Source: Gemmatimonadota bacterium
GTDB lineage: Bacteria; Gemmatimonadota; Gemmatimonadetes; Palauibacterales; Palauibacteraceae
Direction of reading: 5' to 3'
Assembly: GCA_965116475.1 (NCBI GenBank)
Contig: OZ220691.1
Location: 1,280,001 to 1,344,000, forward strand
DNA length: 64,000 bases
A program made the position numbers and the translations under genes. The first letter of the stretch is position 1. Each line of letters starts with the position of its first letter. Positions 28,705-39,273 of this stretch are shown one piece after another. A model generated the notes under the pieces. That model searched no databases and was not told where the DNA came from. It saw only the letters and a program-made list of their open reading frames with translations.

Positions 28705-30342
28705 TCAGCCGGCGAACTCCAGGCGTTGCAGACGGGGAGCGATTTGGCGGGCCACGAGCCTGGGCGCCACCGCGTTGGCGAGGACCAGCGCCACGATAGT
28801 CGAGATGGTCGCGGTGGTGCTGGCGTAGGCGGCGCCGAGGGGCAGGGGCAGCAGCGCGATCAGGATTCCGGATACCACCATCGCCGAGAACACGCCGACG
28901 CTGAAGCCGCCCTTGGCCGGAGGCTCGGAGAAGGGGAGGCGCGGCGCCAGCAGCAATCTCACCTGAACGGCCAGGTTGGAGATCAGCCCCAGAACGACGG
29001 CGTGCGCGACGGCATGCAGGATGTCCCCGAAAGCCCACACGAAGACCCCGGCCAGGATCGTCAGGTACGGAACCAGTACGAAGAGCGCGATGCAGTGACC
29101 CGCGCCGGTGACGAGCCTGGCGCGGTCCACCGGGAAGGCGAAGAAGATCCAGCCGGCGCGAAAGGACTCGCTGCGGAAGAGGCTCTCCAGCAACATCTGC
29201 GGCCCCCCGATCGCCACGAAGTGGATCGCCCAGAGGCGACCGGCTCCGATCCCCGGTTCGACGAACGGGTCGGGCAGCGAACCCCCGCGCAAGGACATAT
29301 AGACATAGAGCAGCGTCATCGGGGCGATGCTCAGCACCGACATCCGGAAGTTCCTGTCGTGCCTGAAGTTGCCCTTCAGCAACGTGGCCACGGCCCGCAC
29401 TTCCACGGGGAATCGGCGCCGCGCGGACCGCATTGGCGAGACCTTGCTGCGGTCGGCGGCAGAGGCGGTGAGCAGGGCACCCATCCGTTCGGCGTAGGAG
29501 AGCGACAGACGTCGGCTCACGATGTAGAAGAGACAGACGGTACTCCCCGCCGCAGTGAGGACGGCAAGCACCCCGGTAAGGCTCCACTCCCCGTTGACCA
29601 GCGGCAGGGCGCTCGCAAACCAGGCGGCGGGAAGGGCATACACGGCCGGAGATGTGCCGATTTCCACGGCTTCCAACCGATCCTCCAATTCGCCCAGGAG
29701 CAGCGGCGCGGCCACGACGCCCGTCACAAGCAACACCTGGATGTACGAGAGGATGCGGTCGAATCGGGCCGGCCGAACGACACGAATGAGCCACGCGTAC
29801 ACAGAGACGATGGCGAGGGCCGTCCAGGCGATGGCGGCGGCCGCTATGACGGGGAAGACGACCGCGGTGATGAGGCCGTGCCTGACGCCGAGGAATATCC
29901 ACGTGGGTCCCGTGACGAGGGCCCCGATCATCCCCGCGTAGAGGAGAACGTTCGTGAGCTTGACGAGAAAGTACGTCCGCGACGAAACGGGTTGGTGGGC
30001 GAGAATCTCGTAGTCGGTCGGCGAGATGACGACGGATCCGTAGTCGATGAGAATGACCATCGCCACGACGAGTCCCGTCATGCTCAACGACCAGACGGCA
30101 GAAAGAAAGAGATCCGGAAGCACGAAGACCACCGCCAGGCTGTACAGGCCGAACGCGCCGTACAGGATCAGCGTCATCCACTGTGTGCCGGCACCTTCGC
30201 GGGCGGGAGAGTTCCCCATCTGCAGTGCCGAGGCGGAACGGAAGTCCGTCTTCAGCATCACGCGCGTGAGCACCCGCCACTGGGTGTAGTCCGCGCCGAG
30301 CTTCTCGACACACCACTCCACGAGCCGTGCCGCGGCGTTCAT
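28705..30342 (-). CDS. ABC-2 type exporter permease
   Basis: Multi-TM; DYEILAHQPVSSRTYF; coupled to ABC ATPase. Confidence 0.75.
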   Translation of the reverse strand: MNAAARLVEWCVEKLGADYTQWRVLTRVMLKTDFRSASALQMGNSPAREGAGTQWMTLILYGAFGLYSLAVVFVLPDLFLSAVWSLSMTGLVVAMVILIDYGSVVISPTDYEILAHQPVSSRTYFLVKLTNVLLYAGMIGALVTGPTWIFLGVRHGLITAVVFPVIAAAAIAWTALAIVSVYAWLIRVVRPARFDRILSYIQVLLVTGVVAAPLLLGELEDRLEAVEIGTSPAVYALPAAWFASALPLVNGEWSLTGVLAVLTAAGSTVCLFYIVSRRLSLSYAERMGALLTASAADRSKVSPMRSARRRFPVEVRAVATLLKGNFRHDRNFRMSVLSIAPMTLLYVYMSLRGGSLPDPFVEPGIGAGRLWAIHFVAIGGPQMLLESLFRSESFRAGWIFFAFPVDRARLVTGAGHCIALFVLVPYLTILAGVFVWAFGDILHAVAHAVVLGLISNLAVQVRLLLAPRLPFSEPPAKGGFSVGVFSAMVVSGILIALLPLPLGAAYASTTATISTIVALVLANAVAPRLVARQIAPRLQRLEFAG

Positions 30343-31148
30343 GCCGAACGCTCGGCGGACCCCGGGGCGTCGGCGGCCGGAACGGAATCATCGAGCGCGC
30401 GAAGGAGGTCCCGGGTGACGTCTCCGGCGTCTCTCACGCCCGTGAGCCGGGCGAACGCCTCCTCGAGGCTCGCGGCGCCGGCCTCGGCGGCGATGCGATC
30501 CGGCACGCCCTCGATGATCTTTCGGCCCCCGTCCACGATCACGATGCGCGTGCAGATCCGCTCCACGACTTCGAGGATATGCGAGCAGAAGAGAATCGTC
30601 CGTCCCTTCGCGGCGAGTTCGCGCAGGAGTTGCTTGACGACGAGGGCGGCGTTCGCATCGATCCCGCTCAGCGGCTCGTCGAGGAACAGCACGTCCGGGT
30701 TGCCCAGCAGCGCGGCGCTGATCAGGACCTTCTGCCGCATCCCCTTCGAGTGGCCGACAAGGCGCCGGTCCCGCGCATCGAGAATGTCGAAGAGATCCAG
30801 AAACTCGTTGATCTTCCGGTCCGCGCGCTCTCCGTCGATGCCCCGCAGGTTCGCGACCATGTTCAGGTATTCGCCGGCGGTCAGGGTTTCGTACAACGCC
30901 CCGGCCTCCGGGACGTAGCCGATCCGGCGCTTGACCTCCAACGGATCCTCCTCGACATCGAAACCGGCGATCGATGCGGAACCGCTCGTCGGTTTGATCA
31001 TGCACGTGAGGATCTTCACGGTCGTCGTCTTGCCGGCTCCGTTCGGCCCCAGCAGGCCGAGGATCTCGCCGGGCTCGACGCGGAGATCGAGATCCTGGAC
31101 GGCCTTCGTGGCGCCGAAGTGACGGGTCAGACCGCGGGTCTCGATCAA
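30339..31148 (-). CDS. ABC transporter ATP-binding protein
   Basis: GPNGAGKTT, HSKGMRQ, LFLDEP. Confidence 0.95.
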   Translation of the reverse strand: MIETRGLTRHFGATKAVQDLDLRVEPGEILGLLGPNGAGKTTTVKILTCMIKPTSGSASIAGFDVEEDPLEVKRRIGYVPEAGALYETLTAGEYLNMVANLRGIDGERADRKINEFLDLFDILDARDRRLVGHSKGMRQKVLISAALLGNPDVLFLDEPLSGIDANAALVVKQLLRELAAKGRTILFCSHILEVVERICTRIVIVDGGRKIIEGVPDRIAAEAGAASLEEAFARLTGVRDAGDVTRDLLRALDDSVPAADAPGSAERSA

Positions 31149-31151
31149 GGT

Positions 31152-32078
31152 CTAGCGGAAGGTGAGGCCGAAGCGGTGGGCGTTTCCCTCCACGTCGAAG
31201 GCTTGGAACGCGTACTCGAGGGTCAGGGCGTCACCCGTGAACGCGAGACCGAAGGTGAACGGGCTCCTTTTGTCCTCCACCACGCGCTGGAGTCCGGCGC
31301 GGAGGCGGAACGTGTAGCCCTGCACGGGCCAGTAGGAGATCTCCAGGCCGCCGGCCGGGATGATTTCGCCGTCCCGGCGCCGCGCGATCTGGCTGGTGAG
31401 AAACATGTCCAGCTCCCCGACCTCGAAGCTCTCCGTCGAAATGCCCAGGGCCAACTGCGTGGGGATTCTAAGCTCCCGTCCACTGTGGTTCAGATCAGAC
31501 CCCAGGTTGCGGGCGGCGAGACTGACCATCGCCGGTCCGAATCGTCGCGCGACGCCTACGTCCAGCAGCGTCGCTCGCTCCGTCCGGCCGAGGTACTGGT
31601 ACTCGAGGTGCTTCGCGACGATTCCCGCACCCACCGCACCGAAGAGTTCTCGCGCATAGCCAAAGGAAACGACGAACTCGGTCAGCGGCGGGCCATCCCC
31701 CTCAAGGGCCGGAAACTGGAGGTTCGGTGCCCCGGGGAATCGTTCGGTGTTGTAGCGGAAGTACTGCAGGCCCACCGCGAAATCCCCGAGTCCTGTGGAT
31801 CCCGTGCCGGCGAGCGTCGCCAGCGTGCCCTCGGAACCGTAACGGTGGAGACCCGCCGCAAAACCATCGGTGCGGTCGATCAGGGCGGGCGCGTAGAAGA
31901 TCAACTCCGCCCCGCGGCCTAGCAGATAGGGCGCGTTCCCGTAGGACGCGGCTTCGACGCCGGCGGGAGCTTCGAACACGAGTCCGGCGTATCCGGCGAA
32001 GCGCGACTGGGCCTCCGCCGCACCCGCGCCGACGGCCAGGACGGTGAGTGGCAGGGACACCGCGGGTCTCAGTCCCAC
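31152..32078 (-). CDS. Outer-membrane beta-barrel, PorV/PorQ-like
   Basis: Signal peptide; ASYGNA...IFYAPA N-terminal motif; ARNLG; amphipathic strands ending HRFGLTFR. Confidence 0.55.
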   Translation of the reverse strand: MGLRPAVSLPLTVLAVGAGAAEAQSRFAGYAGLVFEAPAGVEAASYGNAPYLLGRGAELIFYAPALIDRTDGFAAGLHRYGSEGTLATLAGTGSTGLGDFAVGLQYFRYNTERFPGAPNLQFPALEGDGPPLTEFVVSFGYARELFGAVGAGIVAKHLEYQYLGRTERATLLDVGVARRFGPAMVSLAARNLGSDLNHSGRELRIPTQLALGISTESFEVGELDMFLTSQIARRRDGEIIPAGGLEISYWPVQGYTFRLRAGLQRVVEDKRSPFTFGLAFTGDALTLEYAFQAFDVEGNAHRFGLTFR

Positions 32079-33367
32079 AGGCGCTCCGTCTCCAGGAACT
32101 CCCGGAATCCGGCCGGGTCGTCGGCGGCGCGCGCGATGCGAGCCACGCCGCGCTCGATGTCCTCCATGCTGTTGGCGATCGAGATGCGGAGGAAGTGCTG
32201 GCCCCCGGAGCCGATGCGGCAGAAGGAGGCGCGGTCCATCGTGGCCACGCCGTACCGGTAGAGCAGGAACATCTGGAGCATCCCCGACGGCGTCGTCCGC
32301 GCCCGCGACTCCGGGGGCATGGCGTCGTGCGCCTCGAACACGCCCAGCCGCTCGCACATGCCGGAGACGTTGGGGAAGACGTAGAACGCCCCCTTCGGCA
32401 ACCGGCAACTCAGGCCGTCGATCGCGTTGAGCGCGGGCACGATGAAGTCCCGCCGCCGCTCGAACTCCCCCACCATGTGCGCCACGACGCCGGCCGTGGC
32501 CGGGTCCTCGTACGCCGCCCGCCCCCCTTCCTGCAGGAACGGCGGTACGCACGACATGATGTTGATGTTCAGATTCTTGAAGACGTCGGCTTCCTCCCGC
32601 GTCGGCAGGACGGCCCAGCCCAGCCGCCACCCCGTCATGGCGAACCCCTTCGAATGGCCGCTCGCGATGACCGTCCTCTCCGCCATGCCCGCGTGGGACG
32701 CGATGCTCTGGTGCTCCAGGCCGTCAAAGAGGATGTGCTCGTAGATCTCGTCCGAGTAGATCCGGACGTCCGGGTGACAGCGCTCGCGGATCACCGCCGC
32801 GATGCCCGCGAGATCCTGCGCCGACAGCACGCCTCCGGTCGGATTCGACGGCGAGCAGAGGATGATGAGCCGGGTGCGCTCGGTGAGGAGTTCCCCGAGG
32901 TCATCCGCCGTGAACGCGAATCCCTTCTCCTCGGAGAGGTGCAGGGGGACGGGGCGCGCCCCGACGAACGTGGCCCAGGATTCGTAGATGGGGAACCCGG
33001 GACTCGGGTAGACGACCTCGTCGCCCCGGTCGACGTACGTCTGGAACGTGTAGCCGATGGGCGGCTTGGCCCCGGGCGTGACGACCACCCGATCCGCCCC
33101 GGCGTCGATCCCCCGCGTGGCCGAGACGTGGCGCGCGATCGCCTCGCGGAAGGATGGCAGCCCGGCCGCATCGCAGTACCCCGAGTTCCCGGCCTCGAGT
33201 TCAGCGACGGCCACTCGATTCAGGTGCGGCGCGCTCCGAAAGTCCGGCGCCCCGATGTTGAACCGGATGACATCCATCCCCCGGTCGAGACACACCTGGA
33301 TGTCGTCGTTGACCTTGAAGGCGTTCTCGGTCCCCAGATCGGCCAGGCGCCGCGCCAGAATCGTCAT
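32069..33367 (-). CDS. Class I/II PLP-dependent aminotransferase (aspartate aminotransferase-like)
   Basis: SPSNPTG, SDEIY, SKGFAMTGWRLG. Confidence 0.92.
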   Translation of the reverse strand: MTILARRLADLGTENAFKVNDDIQVCLDRGMDVIRFNIGAPDFRSAPHLNRVAVAELEAGNSGYCDAAGLPSFREAIARHVSATRGIDAGADRVVVTPGAKPPIGYTFQTYVDRGDEVVYPSPGFPIYESWATFVGARPVPLHLSEEKGFAFTADDLGELLTERTRLIILCSPSNPTGGVLSAQDLAGIAAVIRERCHPDVRIYSDEIYEHILFDGLEHQSIASHAGMAERTVIASGHSKGFAMTGWRLGWAVLPTREEADVFKNLNINIMSCVPPFLQEGGRAAYEDPATAGVVAHMVGEFERRRDFIVPALNAIDGLSCRLPKGAFYVFPNVSGMCERLGVFEAHDAMPPESRARTTPSGMLQMFLLYRYGVATMDRASFCRIGSGGQHFLRISIANSMEDIERGVARIARAADDPAGFREFLETERLWD

Positions 33368-33491
33368 GCCCGATAATGTCCCTGCCCCCCATCCGGTGCC
33401 AGTGGACCGGTCGGATTCATTTGATGCCCTCTTAGCGGACACGTACGATGCGTCCATGACGCCGGAGAAGACGTCTGACCTCGGAGGATTC

Positions 33492-34856
33492 ATGAATCGA
33501 GTCGGTTTGACGGGCCGGGTCGCGCGCGCCGGACTCTGGGCGGTGGTGCTGCTTCCTCTGATTCCCGTTCCCGCGGAGACGCAGGAGGCGCGGCGGCGGT
33601 GGGAGCGGATGAACCAGATGCGGCGCGAGAAGTTCGATGTCGTGCTGCCCGAGGTCATGCGCGAGAACGGGATCGACATGTGGATCACGATGCGCCGCGA
33701 GGGACTCGACGATCCGCTCACGCCCGATTTCGGCCCCGGGTACGTGAATCCGATCGGCTACTACGTCTTCACCGACCGCGGCGGAGAGCGGATCGAGCGC
33801 GCCGCCCTCGGCATCGGCGGATACCTGCTGGCGGGGAACGGCGCCTACGACATCGTGACCGGCAACTTCGATCTTCGGGAGTTCGTCGCCGAGCGGAATC
33901 CGGAGCGAATCGGCCTCAACATGGGGTCGAACATCGGTGCGGCCGACGGACTGTCCCATACCGGCTACCAGCACCTCGCGGAGACGCTGGGCGAACCGTG
34001 GGCGTCGCGTTTCGTCTCCGCGGAGAAGCTCGTGTCCGATTTCAGGTCGCGCCGCGTCGCGTCGGAGATCGCGGGCTTCGCCGAGGCGGGCGAGATGTCG
34101 CGCGAACTCGCGGAGCGGGCCCTCTCGAACGAGGTCATCACACCCGGCGTCACGACGCTCCGGGAGGTGGCGTGGTGGCTCATGGATCGGCTGCTCGAAC
34201 GCGGCCTCGGCTCTTCCTTCGGCTTCCCGTCCATCTATATCACGGGGCCCGAGGGCATCGAGGCGACGTCCAGCGACCGGATCATCCAGGGCGGCGACGT
34301 CATGATGATCGACTGGGGCGTCTGCCACCTGAACTTCTGCACGGACATGAAGCGCGTCGCCTACGTGCTGCGGCCGGAGGAGACGGAGGCGATGCCGGGC
34401 GTGCAGAACGCGTTCGACCGGGCCATCGAAGCGCGGGAGGTGTCGCGCCGCGCGATCCGGCCCGGCATCACGGCGCGCGAGAACATGGACCGGATCGGGG
34501 CCGCGCTCACGGCGGCGGGATTCAATCCCATCCCCTTCAACCAGCCCACGGATGGCCCGCAGACGGACGTGACCTGGGAGGGACACCACTCGGTCGGCAA
34601 CCTCGGACACGGGATCGGCCCTTCGATCGCGACCTGGAACCCGCGCCGCCTCACGTTCGAGGTCGTGCCGACCAATCTCCTCGCGATCGAAATGTTCGCC
34701 TACACGGCGGTCCCCGAGTGGGGGGGCGCGAAGTTGCGCGTGCCGCTGGAGGATGACGCGGTGGTCACCGAACGGGGCGCCGAGTGGCTCTACCCCGCAA
34801 ACAGCCGTCTCCTCCTGATCAAGTCCGATCCCGCCGCCGCGCGAAGCGTTTCGTGA
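33492..34856 (+). CDS. M24 family metallopeptidase (Xaa-Pro-like), secreted
   Basis: GGAGG RBS; IDWG, TDMKR, HSVG, IE, LEDD metal ligands. Confidence 0.85.
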   Translation: MNRVGLTGRVARAGLWAVVLLPLIPVPAETQEARRRWERMNQMRREKFDVVLPEVMRENGIDMWITMRREGLDDPLTPDFGPGYVNPIGYYVFTDRGGERIERAALGIGGYLLAGNGAYDIVTGNFDLREFVAERNPERIGLNMGSNIGAADGLSHTGYQHLAETLGEPWASRFVSAEKLVSDFRSRRVASEIAGFAEAGEMSRELAERALSNEVITPGVTTLREVAWWLMDRLLERGLGSSFGFPSIYITGPEGIEATSSDRIIQGGDVMMIDWGVCHLNFCTDMKRVAYVLRPEETEAMPGVQNAFDRAIEAREVSRRAIRPGITARENMDRIGAALTAAGFNPIPFNQPTDGPQTDVTWEGHHSVGNLGHGIGPSIATWNPRRLTFEVVPTNLLAIEMFAYTAVPEWGGAKLRVPLEDDAVVTERGAEWLYPANSRLLLIKSDPAAARSVS

Positions 34857-34876
34857 ACCGCAGCCCTCCTGAAGGG

Positions 34877-35851
34877 ATGGTCACGCTTCACGAGCTTCTC
34901 GTGCATGCGAGTCGCACGTTCGCGGTGGGGATCGAGATCCTCCCGCCCCCCCTGCGGGACGAGATCACCGTGGCCTACCTGCTGCTGCGCGTTTCCGACT
35001 ACCTGGAGGACAATCAGGAAATCTCGGGGGACGAGAAGGTCTTCCTGCTCGAGGAGTGGCGGCGCGTGCTCGATGGAGGTTTCCGGCGCACGGCGCTCAT
35101 CGATCGCCTGGGAGAGGCCGCGGAGGACACGCCGGACGCGTCCGTGGCCCGGCACGCGGCCGCCGTTCTCGAAGGACTCGACCGCCTGGCGCCCGAGGCG
35201 CGCGAGATCATCGTGCGCCGCGTGCGGGAATCCAGCGCCGGAATGGCGCGGTGGACGGAGCGCGGCTCGGAGTTCGGGACCGAGGAGGATCTGGACGACT
35301 ACATGCACGAGGTCGCCGGGCGGGTGGGCCACCTGCTGACGGAACTGTTCGCCAGTCGGCTGCGGGGCGTCGGGAGGGACCGTGCGCGCATGATGGCGCT
35401 GGGAAGAGAGTTCGGCCTCGCGCTACAGACGGTCAACGTGATCAGAGGGCTGCACGAGGACCGGCATCGCGGCTGGGTGTACGTGCCCGCCTCCTTCCTC
35501 CCGGACGAAGGCATGGATCCGCGCGAGCTGTTCGAGCCCGCGAACCACGCGGCGGCGATGACGGTGCTCGAGCGGCTCGTCGAGAAGGCGGACCGTCACC
35601 TGGCGGCGGCCCGGAGCTACCTGCGGATGATCCCGAGACGGTACCACCGGGTACGCCTCTTCTGCCTGCTCCCGCTCCTCTTCGCCGTGCGGACCCTGGC
35701 CATCAGCCGCACGAATCCGGAGGTACTGGACCGGGAGACGAAGATGTCCCGCCGGGAGGTCCTCGCGATCACGCGCCGCGCGAAGCTCTTCGGCTTCTCC
35801 AATCGGTGGATCGCACGGTACTGCCGTCAGCTCGCCGCGCGAGGCGCCTGA
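34877..35851 (+). CDS. Squalene/phytoene synthase family protein (squalene synthase-like)
   Basis: SRTFA, YLLLRVSDYLED, YMHEVAGRVG, FGLALQTVNVIRGLHED, FCLLP. Confidence 0.85.
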   Translation: MVTLHELLVHASRTFAVGIEILPPPLRDEITVAYLLLRVSDYLEDNQEISGDEKVFLLEEWRRVLDGGFRRTALIDRLGEAAEDTPDASVARHAAAVLEGLDRLAPEAREIIVRRVRESSAGMARWTERGSEFGTEEDLDDYMHEVAGRVGHLLTELFASRLRGVGRDRARMMALGREFGLALQTVNVIRGLHEDRHRGWVYVPASFLPDEGMDPRELFEPANHAAAMTVLERLVEKADRHLAAARSYLRMIPRRYHRVRLFCLLPLLFAVRTLAISRTNPEVLDRETKMSRREVLAITRRAKLFGFSNRWIARYCRQLAARGA

Positions 35852-35854
35852 AGA

Positions 35855-38800
35855 TCAGGCGCGCGCCATCCGCCAGCGTTCGCGCCGCGCCGCGAGGTTG
35901 TACTGCGTCATCACCAGCGCCGGCACCACGACCATGAGGAGGATCGTGGCGATGAACACGCCGAAGCCGACGGAGGTGGCCAGCGGCACGAGGTGCTGAG
36001 CGTACGTGCTCGTCTCGAAGACGAGCGGGGCCACGCCCAGGAATGTGGTAATCGAGGTGAGCATGATCGCCCGGAATCTCTCCTTGGCCCCGCTGATGAT
36101 CGCCTCCGCGGGCCCCAGGCCGGAGTCCCGGAGGTCGTTGATGAACCGGATCATCATGAGCGAGTCGTTCACGACCACGCCGAAGACGCCGACCAGTCCG
36201 TACAGCGACCACAGTCCCCAACTGAGACCGAGCAGCATGTGGCCGGCCAGCGCGCCGATCGCGCCCAGTGGCACGGCGGCCATGATGATGAGGGGCTGCG
36301 TGTACGAGCCGAACGGGATCGCCATCAGGCTGTACATGATGAGGAGGGCGAGGATGAGCGAGCGGCCCAGCACGGAGATCGCGTGGTCCTGCTCCTTCCT
36401 CTGACCGCCGTACGAATAGGTGAGATCCGGGCTCTCGCTCGTCAGTCGCGGGAGAACCTCGTTGTCCAGGCTGGCGTTCACCTGCTGGCCGGTGGCGATG
36501 CGCGGGTCCACGTCCGCGGTGATCGTGACGGCGCGGCGACCGTCGACGCGGTGGATGGCGGCTGACGAGCGGGAGAATCCGGCGGACGCGATCTGACCCA
36601 GCGGCACCTCACCGCCCGGCGTGCGGACGAGGTAGTTCTCGACATCGGTCGCGGAGTTGCGCTCCTCCTCCGGAAGCCGCACCCACACCCGCATGTCTTC
36701 GCGGCCCCGGGGCACTCTGAGCGCTTCCGTCCCGAAGAAGGCCGAGCGCACCTGCGTCGCGAAGCGGTCGAGCGTCAGGTTCAGCGAGCGGCCCTCCGGA
36801 TTCAACTCCAGCTGGAGTTCCCGGAATCCCTCATCGAGATTGCTCCGCACGTCGAATGTCCCCTCCACGGCGGTCAGTTCGGCCGTGAATTCGCCCGCAA
36901 TGGCCTCGAGACGATCGGGGTCCGGATGGGACAGCTCGTAGTGGACGGGCAGCCCCAGGCCCAGCAGGTTCGATGAGATCGAGAGCGACTTCGCTTCGGC
37001 GGGGTTCCCGACCTCTTCCCGCCACACGCGCTCGAACGTGGACGCGGCGATGCCCCGGCTGTTCCAGTCGTGGAGCTTGAACTGCACCGTGCCGAGGTGG
37101 CCGCGCGCCGCCTCCACCGCGTCCCCGCCGAGAGGATCGTACAGCGCCGCCAACTCGCCCACGGTGACGGCGACGTCGAACTCCAGCGGATCCTCGTCGT
37201 CGTCGCCATCGTCCGAGAGACGGGCCACGGCCCGGTGTCCCGCCTCTTCGATTTCCGCCACGATCCGGGCAGTGCGTTCGGCTGGTGTACCCGTCGGCAT
37301 CTCCAGGTTCGCCGACACGACGTCGCCCTCGATCGGCGTAATGAACTGATTCGGCACGATCCCCGACGCCACCGCCCCCATCGAGATCACGAGCAGGCCC
37401 GCCGCCGCGGCGAGGATGACGGAGGGCTGCTCCGTGGCCAGACGGAGTCCGCGGTCGAGGGGGCCGTCCGCGATGCGCTTCATGGTCCGGTCCACGGCTC
37501 CCTGGGCCCGGTGCAGCATCCGGTGGGCCGCGCCGGATCTCCGCACGCCGGGGGCCGCCAGGTGGGACAGGTGGTTCGGAAGCACGAGCAGCGATTCGAG
37601 CAGCGAGATCACGAGCACCGCGATCACCACGAGCGGAATCCCGCGCCCGAGTTCTCCCTGCGGGCCGGGCGCGTTCAGCAGCGCGGCGAAGGCCGTGATC
37701 GTCGTGAGCACGGAGAATATGACGGGCGTGCTGACGCGACGCGTGCCGCGAATGGCTGCGGCGAGCCCTCTGTGTCCCCGCTCCCGCTCGGCGAAGATGC
37801 TCTCTCCCACGACGATCGCGTCGTCCACGACGATGCCCAGCGCCAGCACGAGCGCCATCAGCGAGAACATGTTGATCGAGATCCCCAGGAAACCCATCAC
37901 GAAGAACGCGCCCATGAAGGAGACCGCCAGACCCACCGCCACCCACATGGCCAGCCGGATTTCCAGGAAGAGGGCCAGCGCCATGAAGACGAGCGCGAAT
38001 CCGATCAGGGCGTTCTCCGTCATGAGGCCGAGACGCCCGCCGACTTCCTCCGAATCGTCCTTCCATAACTCCACCGAGACGCCTTCGGGCAGGGTCGGCA
38101 CGACTTCTGCGTCGAGATACCGCTTGACGGCTTCGGCGATGTCCAGCACCTGCTCGTCGGAGGTCCGGTACACGTCGACCCGGACCGCGGTCTGCCCGTT
38201 GTAGCGCACGCTCAGATCGGTGTCGGCGAACCCGTCCCGCACCGTCGCGATCTCGCCGAGCCGAACCGACGTGCCGTCCGGGCGCCCGAGCAGGACGATC
38301 TCCTCGAAATCCGCCTGTTCGTAATTCTGTCCCAGCGTGCGAACGAGGAGGTCCTCGCCGCTCGTGGACACCCTGCCGGCGGACAACTCGAGCGAACTCT
38401 GCCGCACCGCGAACGCGATGTCGTCCAGCGTCAGACCGAGGGCACGCAGCCGTCTCAGGGGCACCTCGATCGAAATCTCGTATGGTCGGGCGCCGCTGAT
38501 CTCGGCCAGCGACACCTCGGGAAGCGCGGAGAGGCCTTCCTCGATGCCGTATGCCAGTTCCTTGAGCGTGCGCTCCGGCACATCGCCGTACACGAGGAGA
38601 CGAATGACGCTCTGCCGGCTCGTGACCTCCCGTATCTCGGGCCGTTCCGCGGCGGCCGGGAAGGTCGGAATGCGGTCGACTTCGGCCTTCAGTTCGTTGA
38701 GGGCGCGGTTGACGTCCGTTCCCGAAGTGAACTCCGCGATCACCGACGCGAGCCCCTCGGAGGCGGTGGCTTCCACGCGGTTCAGGCCGTCCACCGCCCG

Positions 38801-39076
38801 GATCTGCTCCTCGATCCGTCGGACGATGGACTCCTCTACCTCCTCCGGAGCCGCGCCGGGGTAGGGGACGACGATCTGGACGCGGTCCAGGGAGAAGTCG
38901 GGCAGAACTTCCTGGACCAGGTTCCGGGCCGAGGCCAGGCCGGCGAGGACGAGAAACAGCATGACCACGTTCGCGGCGATGCCGTTCTTCGCCATGAAGC
39001 CGATGGGGCCCCGGGTACTCCTTCGGTCGACGTGACCCTCGTCACTCACGCGGTGCTCCTCCGTGATGTATCCCAC
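35855..39076 (-). CDS. RND efflux permease (AcrB/AcrD/AcrF family)
   Basis: 1073 aa; LGIVVDDAIVVGE, GVVVNDSL, RFRAIMLTSITT. Confidence 0.93.
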   Translation of the reverse strand: MGYITEEHRVSDEGHVDRRSTRGPIGFMAKNGIAANVVMLFLVLAGLASARNLVQEVLPDFSLDRVQIVVPYPGAAPEEVEESIVRRIEEQIRAVDGLNRVEATASEGLASVIAEFTSGTDVNRALNELKAEVDRIPTFPAAAERPEIREVTSRQSVIRLLVYGDVPERTLKELAYGIEEGLSALPEVSLAEISGARPYEISIEVPLRRLRALGLTLDDIAFAVRQSSLELSAGRVSTSGEDLLVRTLGQNYEQADFEEIVLLGRPDGTSVRLGEIATVRDGFADTDLSVRYNGQTAVRVDVYRTSDEQVLDIAEAVKRYLDAEVVPTLPEGVSVELWKDDSEEVGGRLGLMTENALIGFALVFMALALFLEIRLAMWVAVGLAVSFMGAFFVMGFLGISINMFSLMALVLALGIVVDDAIVVGESIFAERERGHRGLAAAIRGTRRVSTPVIFSVLTTITAFAALLNAPGPQGELGRGIPLVVIAVLVISLLESLLVLPNHLSHLAAPGVRRSGAAHRMLHRAQGAVDRTMKRIADGPLDRGLRLATEQPSVILAAAAGLLVISMGAVASGIVPNQFITPIEGDVVSANLEMPTGTPAERTARIVAEIEEAGHRAVARLSDDGDDDEDPLEFDVAVTVGELAALYDPLGGDAVEAARGHLGTVQFKLHDWNSRGIAASTFERVWREEVGNPAEAKSLSISSNLLGLGLPVHYELSHPDPDRLEAIAGEFTAELTAVEGTFDVRSNLDEGFRELQLELNPEGRSLNLTLDRFATQVRSAFFGTEALRVPRGREDMRVWVRLPEEERNSATDVENYLVRTPGGEVPLGQIASAGFSRSSAAIHRVDGRRAVTITADVDPRIATGQQVNASLDNEVLPRLTSESPDLTYSYGGQRKEQDHAISVLGRSLILALLIMYSLMAIPFGSYTQPLIIMAAVPLGAIGALAGHMLLGLSWGLWSLYGLVGVFGVVVNDSLMMIRFINDLRDSGLGPAEAIISGAKERFRAIMLTSITTFLGVAPLVFETSTYAQHLVPLATSVGFGVFIATILLMVVVPALVMTQYNLAARRERWRMARA

Positions 39077-39215
39077 CTCCCCGGATCCGGCTTTTTTTGC
39101 CGCAGGCTGCTAACGGTTTACGCGGCGCGCGCCCGATTCGCCAGAGCGCCGGGCGAACGGCTTCCGGGGAGTCACACTCCCGGAACTTTTGTCAATCCGT
39201 TTACGGAAGTATCCT

Positions 39216-39251
39216 CTACGGTTGAAATGGTATTTACTACGGTCGAAATGG
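39216..39251. promoter_or_regulatory. 15-bp direct repeat pair at 21-bp period in a divergent promoter
   Basis: CTACGGTTGAAATGG (39216) and CTACGGTCGAAATGG (39237). Confidence 0.55.
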
Positions 39252-39273
39252 AGAGGTCGAGACTGACACTCAT

